A stretch of 63,279 nucleotides of DNA from a virus (lineage: Duplodnaviria > Caudoviricetes): the IMG/VR virus record IMGVR_UViG_3300046004_002250, positions 1 through 63,279 of that record. One strand, 5' to 3'. The position numbers were made by a program, and so were the translations under genes. The notes below the pieces were generated by a model. The model made no database searches. It worked only from the letters and a program-made list of their open reading frames with translations, and was not told where the DNA came from. Below are positions 57,650-63,279 of this stretch, piece after piece. The number at the start of each line of letters is the position of its first letter. The first letter of the stretch is position 1.

Positions 57650-60600
57650 ATGGCTGACAACTCCAAAATTTCCGGCGGCGACCGCGCGCGCAATGCACTC
57701 ATCACCGGCACGGCCGGGGCTTATCTCGGCAGCATGGTGCTGGATGGGAAGCATAAAATTCCCAAGGCATTGCAGCGTCTGCTGCGCACACGGCGGCGCA
57801 CCATGACCGTGCATGGCGCACGGGCAGGCGGAGTGGCTGGCGCGGTGCTGGGAGCCACCAACAAAGGCAAGCGCAGTGAGACCGTGGACAGTGTGGCCAC
57901 GGGTGGTGACTGGAAATTCAGCGCCTTCATTGAAGACATGGTCTTCAAATCCCTGCCCAAAGAAGTGCAGGGCGAAGTGACGCGCTTTGTCGATGCCAAG
58001 GCAGGCACGCCGCTGGTGCATTACGGTATGACGGTGGCGGAACTGATCGGCAAAGCGGATGCCGAAAATTTGAAGTCGGCACGCAAAGCATTGGGCACCC
58101 TGCGCGCCAGTCGGGCACGGGAAGAGGTGATGGGCAAGATCAAGGGCGGCAGCAAATACATCCTGCTCATGAACGACCGCATTGTGGACGGGCATCACTT
58201 TTTGGCGAAAGCCGAGCGCGGCGCGATCACCAGCAGCCTGAACGTGCTGGATCTGACCCCGGCACGGTTGAGCACAGGGAAGACCACGGAGTTTGGGTTT
58301 CTGTCCATGCGCTCAAACCCAGATCGAGGCACACGGGCCACCAACTCAGATCCGAAGAAGGCTAAGTGGAAAGCTTTGATCGGCAGCGTTACGCCTGACG
58401 AGGCTAAAAAACTTGAAGGCCAGCACCAAAATGCTGAAGCAAAATCGAAAACGGTGAGGGATGCCCAACTGGTGATCGGCGGTGGCTTGGTTGGTCAAAA
58501 GCTGGTGCGTGAGGGGCGGGACAGACTAACTGGCCGCACAACTTTGTATCATGGCACGGACAAAGCCTCCGCGAAGAATATCCAGAAAACAGGGCTGAAA
58601 TCAGCGGACCGTGCGAAGACTCACGGAATTTCGGATGTGATCATGGGCGGTGGGAAGGAGTCGTTTAATCCGTTTGGCGGCAACAAGGCCGACATGCTCA
58701 AAAAGACGCGCAAGGGTGCTTTCTTGTCCCATGAAAAAGGCATGAATGGAGCGGGCCAGTATGCCGCTCAAAGTGCCTGGCTAAAGGAAGGCGGACGCCC
58801 ACTGAGCGCCGAAGATGTCAAAAAGATCATGGACGCCAAGGATAGCGGCAAAGGGATGGGAAAGGCTGTGGTTACGGCGGTGCGTAAAAAACTAGGACGT
58901 GACCTCATGCCGCTCACGCATCGGCACAAAGGCACCGTTTTGAAGTATCGCATGCCGCTGTGGCGGAAAGGATTGCAGAAAAATTTGATGCCGAATCCAG
59001 AGGTTGATCAACTGCTTGATCCAGTTGCTTCCTTCATGCTGAAAGACCGCACCAAAGTGATGAAGAACAAAGCACCGGAATCCTACCGCGTTGGCTCAAA
59101 GCATTACAAGGGGATGTCGATGAAGGAATGGAAACAGTATATCAAACTGCACCCCAAGCGTGCTGCCGCCGGTGCGGGCTTGGCAGTTGGTGGCGCGGCG
59201 ATGCTGGCTGGCAGCGGTGTCTATGCGAAGAAGGCATGGAAGGAACGCAAGGCGCGGAATGAAAAGCTCAAAGAGATGTCGGCGCGTTTGAGCCTGACGG
59301 CGTTCGCTGACCCCTCACGCAATCGCACGCGGGATCTGCGGGACAAGCTGGGGCTGGCGAAGGATGTGGGCGTGCTGGGCTTGATCGGTGGCGCGGGCTA
59401 CGGCGGGCACAAGCTTTATAAGCAGGGGCAGAAGGCGGTGACGGAGCTGACGCCTGCCGTGCGCCGCACCCTGGCGCGGGCGAATGTCGGGCTGCGTCAG
59501 GCGGGCAAGATTGGCAAGAGCTGGCGCAAGGCGGCGATTAGCACCAAAGAAACCCTGGGCACGGTGAACGATGCCGTGCAGCCAGCGGCGTCGATGAATC
59601 GCGGCATTGCCAAGGCGGGTCGCAAGATTGCGGTCGGGGCCAAGAAGATCGGCCAGATCAAGCTGTGGGCGGATGGGCGGAAGCTGACGCAGTTTGAAAC
59701 CGCACCGAAGCGTGACAAGCTGAGCCGTGCGCGTGACATCGCCGTGCTCGGTGGAGCGGCGGCGGCGACGGCTGGGGCGGGTTATCTGGTGCATCAGGGA
59801 CACAAGGTGGTGAAGGCGGTGGCACCGACCGTGAAGGACATGAAGGCAACGACGACGAACGTGCGCCATGCCACCCGCATCAGTGCGGATGTCGGGCGGG
59901 TGTATGGGGATCTGACACAACCGCTGCGTGAGCCGAAACGCTATCAGGCCAAGGTGCGCGGGGCATTCCGGCGCGGGAAGCGCAGTGCTGCGGCAGCGCC
60001 AGCACCAGGCTGGGCGCAGAAGGTGGTGCGCATCGGCAAGAAAATCCGGCTGCTGCAAGTCGGGCCGGAAGGCCAGATGAAGCTGACGCAGTTCAATATC
60101 ATCGGGGCCGCGGTGGGCACGGTGGCGGGGGCGATGCTGGGCGGCAAGGTGCGGGCACCGCTTTACCGGACGCTGTTAAAACGGAATCCTGAAAAGCCGC
60201 TGGGCAAGTGGGCCAAGCGTCGGGCGCGTGCTGGTGCGTATGCCGTGGAAAACGGCATGCCAGCCATCGGCGGTGCAGCGGGTGGCATGATTGGCCGCAA
60301 GCAGCAGGAGATGGGGGATCTGCGTGTGCTGCGTAAGTTTGGCAGCAGTGAGCAGCAGGCTGACCTGCACAGCAGCCGCTACATGGACTCCTGGGACAGT
60401 TTCATCGGCAAATCCAAGGGCTACCGCAAAAAGGATGTGAACGAATACCATCGCCTGCGGCGGCAGTTGGCGGATCATGAATCAGGCGCACGCAAGTTCG
60501 CGCCGGAGACCGTGAGCAAGATCCATGCCAGCATGAAAGACATCGAGGACAATCCGCTGGAAGCCACCACGGGGCAGATTGGGCGCAGCATCATGCGCAA

Positions 60601-61480
60601 GGCCAATACTGTGCGCATGGTGTCGGAGCGCGGCGGCGGTCTGGCGCATGATGCAGTCAAGCATCTGCGCGGCGACAAGCGTGAGAAGGATGCCTGGGGT
60701 CGCGAGAAAAAGCGTGAGTGGGAAAAGCCATGGTTCCAGCGCAAGCGCAATCAGCTTGTGGCAGGCGGGGCCATTCTGGCCACTGGTTTGGCTTACCGCA
60801 AGTTCCCGAAACTGCAGCGCGGAGTTGAGGGACTGAAAATCAAGGGCAAGGATGCCGTGAACAAAGTCTTTCCAGACACCTTTCCAGACAAGGGCACAGC
60901 CCATGCTGCGGCGATGACGGGCAAACCGCAGAGCACCAGCGCCATGATCGAGGAAGAGGCCAAAGCTCTGGCAGCCAAGCTGGCCAAGGATGCCAAAGAG
61001 GCGAAGGCACGCATCAAGGGCTCCAAGCTCAAGGTGGTCAAACCCAAGGCCAGCAGGCCAGTCAAGGGAGGCGACACGCCATCTTTGAATCTGGCGGCGT
61101 ATTTGGGCAAGGTCACCCGGTTCAGTGATCCACTGGATGCTGGCTGGGATCTGCGGGATGCGCGGGGCCGTTCGGCGCGGGTGTTTGCACCGGGCAGTCA
61201 GGGCCGTGATCGCAGGCCGAAGGAGTGGTATGAAAAGATCGACAACGAACGCAAGCTCTGGGCGGGTGCGGCACTGGCCGGCACGGGCCTGAGTGCAGCG
61301 GTCATGCACAAGCTGGGCGGCAAGAAACTGGTCACTGCCACAGAGCGGGCGGTGCAGGCTGAGCGAGCCAAGATCCGCAAGGCGCTGCAAGCCGTGCACA
61401 AGAAGCGGGCGGCCGCCGGTGGGTCGCCACCGTCCAACATTCGATTCATGCCCAAACCCTCCGCTGGGGCAGCGGCTTAA
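57650..61480 (+). CDS. Polyvalent polyprotein: ParB-like module, ADP-ribosyltransferase-like module and several basic Gly/Ala membrane-type modules
   Basis: IVDGHH; LYHGT....IQKTGLK...AFLS; junctions KTTEF, SLTAF, KLTQF (x2), VLRKF, KVTRF. Confidence 0.75.
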   Translation: MADNSKISGGDRARNALITGTAGAYLGSMVLDGKHKIPKALQRLLRTRRRTMTVHGARAGGVAGAVLGATNKGKRSETVDSVATGGDWKFSAFIEDMVFKSLPKEVQGEVTRFVDAKAGTPLVHYGMTVAELIGKADAENLKSARKALGTLRASRAREEVMGKIKGGSKYILLMNDRIVDGHHFLAKAERGAITSSLNVLDLTPARLSTGKTTEFGFLSMRSNPDRGTRATNSDPKKAKWKALIGSVTPDEAKKLEGQHQNAEAKSKTVRDAQLVIGGGLVGQKLVREGRDRLTGRTTLYHGTDKASAKNIQKTGLKSADRAKTHGISDVIMGGGKESFNPFGGNKADMLKKTRKGAFLSHEKGMNGAGQYAAQSAWLKEGGRPLSAEDVKKIMDAKDSGKGMGKAVVTAVRKKLGRDLMPLTHRHKGTVLKYRMPLWRKGLQKNLMPNPEVDQLLDPVASFMLKDRTKVMKNKAPESYRVGSKHYKGMSMKEWKQYIKLHPKRAAAGAGLAVGGAAMLAGSGVYAKKAWKERKARNEKLKEMSARLSLTAFADPSRNRTRDLRDKLGLAKDVGVLGLIGGAGYGGHKLYKQGQKAVTELTPAVRRTLARANVGLRQAGKIGKSWRKAAISTKETLGTVNDAVQPAASMNRGIAKAGRKIAVGAKKIGQIKLWADGRKLTQFETAPKRDKLSRARDIAVLGGAAAATAGAGYLVHQGHKVVKAVAPTVKDMKATTTNVRHATRISADVGRVYGDLTQPLREPKRYQAKVRGAFRRGKRSAAAAPAPGWAQKVVRIGKKIRLLQVGPEGQMKLTQFNIIGAAVGTVAGAMLGGKVRAPLYRTLLKRNPEKPLGKWAKRRARAGAYAVENGMPAIGGAAGGMIGRKQQEMGDLRVLRKFGSSEQQADLHSSRYMDSWDSFIGKSKGYRKKDVNEYHRLRRQLADHESGARKFAPETVSKIHASMKDIEDNPLEATTGQIGRSIMRKANTVRMVSERGGGLAHDAVKHLRGDKREKDAWGREKKREWEKPWFQRKRNQLVAGGAILATGLAYRKFPKLQRGVEGLKIKGKDAVNKVFPDTFPDKGTAHAAAMTGKPQSTSAMIEEEAKALAAKLAKDAKEAKARIKGSKLKVVKPKASRPVKGGDTPSLNLAAYLGKVTRFSDPLDAGWDLRDARGRSARVFAPGSQGRDRRPKEWYEKIDNERKLWAGAALAGTGLSAAVMHKLGGKKLVTATERAVQAERAKIRKALQAVHKKRAAAGGSPPSNIRFMPKPSAGAAA

Positions 61481-61518
61481 TTGACAACTTCACCCAAACT
61501 GACAGACACACTTTTTCC

Positions 61519-62328
61519 ATGAAAACACGCCAACTCATTCAACTCTCCTCCCGTCTCAACGGGGCACTCAACCAATTTGCCCTGGCAGCCAATGCCACCG
61601 GGGAATACCCATGGCAGCAGCAGCAGCGTGAAAAGCGCAACCGCCGTGTCGGTGGTGGGATTGTCGCTGCGGGCGTGCTGGGTGGTGCCGGTTATGCCGG
61701 ACATCGCAGCGTGATGCAACGCGGTGCTGCCGCTGGTCCGGTGCGCGCCGGTGATGCCTACAAAGCCGTGGGCAATGAGGCGCTGGACAAGGTGAAGACG
61801 GCTGGCGCTGCCGGTGCGGCCCGTGCGGCGACCTACGGCAAGAACGTCAAGGGTGCTTATCAGGGTGCGCGTGCTGGCACTGCGGGCCTGGGTTGGAAGA
61901 AACCCGGCATGGGTGTGGGTAAGGCGGCTCTGGCAGCCCTGAAAGGCGTGCGCTTTGGTGCGGCGCAGCGTTTGGTGGAACTCGAAGCGCAGTTGGATGA
62001 CGTGCTGGTGGAGTTTGGTTCCACTATGAAGCATTTGGTGGGTGACGATGAGCGCAAGAAAAAAGCTGCGCGGATCGGTGCCGGGGCAATAGCTGTCGGT
62101 GGGGGTGCTTTTGTAGGTGACCACGCCATCATGAGCGCGGCCAAGAAGAAATACGGATTCACTCCGACCCGCGCCAATGCTTACGGCGATGCCGTCACCA
62201 GTGGCATGCAGGCAGGAAAGCGCGGTCTTAAAAAAGGCATGGCTCAAGCATCTTATCATGCCGAGCCAGCCCTGCGCAAAATCAAGGGTGCGCTCGGTCT
62301 GCGTAAAGTCGCGGGCAGGCTCAAGTAA
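61519..62328 (+). CDS. Allele of 451-1242
   Basis: Same leaders; divergent segment after LVEF. Confidence 0.85.
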   Translation: MKTRQLIQLSSRLNGALNQFALAANATGEYPWQQQQREKRNRRVGGGIVAAGVLGGAGYAGHRSVMQRGAAAGPVRAGDAYKAVGNEALDKVKTAGAAGAARAATYGKNVKGAYQGARAGTAGLGWKKPGMGVGKAALAALKGVRFGAAQRLVELEAQLDDVLVEFGSTMKHLVGDDERKKKAARIGAGAIAVGGGAFVGDHAIMSAAKKKYGFTPTRANAYGDAVTSGMQAGKRGLKKGMAQASYHAEPALRKIKGALGLRKVAGRLK

Positions 62329-62368
62329 GGTTCATCCTCCATCCTTCATCCTTCCTCCTTCCTCCCTC

Positions 62369-63279
62369 ATGACCTCCTTCTCCCGACTCTCACGGCTGCT
62401 GACTCAGTTTGAAAAACTGGATCTTGGTTACACTTATGACGACAGTTATGGCTGCATGCCGAGTCTGAGTGATTCCAAAGCACCGAAGATTCAGTATCCG
62501 AATCTGTATGTGAATCGGGTGAAGGATGATGTCATGGCGCTGCCGGAGACGGGCACGGCGCTGGTGGAATACAAAATCACCGGCCGCAACATGAACCAGC
62601 GTGATGGCAAAAAGAAGTATGGCATGGATGTCGAGATCCGCAGCTTTGACCCGCAGGCCGGGGCCAAGGTGCTGGCCAAGGCTGGCAAACCCGGCGCTGC
62701 CAAAACCCTGATGCTGAATGCGCGGGGTGAGGTGACGGAGTTTGCGGGTGGTTACATGAACACTCATGATGGAGTGCAGAAGGAGCGTGGTGTGCTGGCG
62801 CATTTGAAACGCAATGCGGCTACTTATGCCAGCATCCCGCTTTTTCTTCCCACGCCTGCTGATGATCATTTAAGCAATCTAATTCCGATGGCAGGTGCTG
62901 GGATTGATCGGCTGTTGAGGAAGAATAACAACATCCGCAAAACAAGCCATGAGCCAAAGGTGGACAAGAAGGGTCGTGGCTTGTGGAGGGTTCAGCCAGA
63001 TGGCAAGGTGATCAAATTCTCCGACCGCACCCGTGATGGTGACGGGCAGTTTGTGGGGGCGGCGACGGGTGGGGCAGATCCGGTGACGATGCGGCAGGCG
63101 TATGGCAAGAAGTCGCTGGCGGTGGGCGCAGGTGCGGCGGCGCTGGCGGGTGCGGGGCTGCTGGGTGGCACAGGCGGCGGGCGCAAGCTGGCCAGCAAGG
63201 GACTCAAGGTGGCGGGTGGCAAGCTGCGGGATCTGCGTGCGGCGCTGGTGAACAAGTCCAGTGGCGGACGTGGCAACTC
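62369..63279 (+). CDS. Allele of 1270-2253, 3'-truncated by the window edge
   Basis: MTSFSRLSRLLTQFEKLDLG...; no stop seen before the window end. Confidence 0.85.
   Translation, partial: MTSFSRLSRLLTQFEKLDLGYTYDDSYGCMPSLSDSKAPKIQYPNLYVNRVKDDVMALPETGTALVEYKITGRNMNQRDGKKKYGMDVEIRSFDPQAGAKVLAKAGKPGAAKTLMLNARGEVTEFAGGYMNTHDGVQKERGVLAHLKRNAATYASIPLFLPTPADDHLSNLIPMAGAGIDRLLRKNNNIRKTSHEPKVDKKGRGLWRVQPDGKVIKFSDRTRDGDGQFVGAATGGADPVTMRQAYGKKSLAVGAGAAALAGAGLLGGTGGGRKLASKGLKVAGGKLRDLRAALVNKSSGGRGN

Larger units (their letters stand above)
61069..63279 (+). repeat. Terminal direct repeat, right copy (diverged)
   Basis: Colinear with 1-2174. Confidence 0.95.

Overview
The window looks like one complete, circularly permuted temperate tailed-phage (siphovirus-like) genome of about 61.07 kb. 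About 2.2 kb is present twice as a diverged direct repeat (1-~2174 vs 61069-63279). No host genes were seen. The + strand late genes are endolysin, gpW-like, lambda-type portal, three basic Gly/Ala-rich polyproteins, protease/scaffold, cement, major capsid, fibres, holins, tail and tape measure. The - strand carries replication genes (primase and an apparently split primase-associated ATPase) and a 21-kb early/accessory block that separates the terminase from the portal. A central module has an integrase, an intact attP-like site and a repressor. A PVC-group host (Verrucomicrobia-like) is a weak inference. The most striking system has two parts. (i) A TTGAY-N14/15-ATG motif precedes most late genes. 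(ii) A recurring peptide signature, 'L..L..RLD.AL.(E/Q)F' or '(L/V)T(E/Q/R)F', leads or separates swappable modules in three polyproteins, and leads three small genes inserted antisense into the early region. Together these suggest capsid-targeted, protease-released cargo that is injected with the DNA. All family assignments come from reading motifs by eye; no database search was run.
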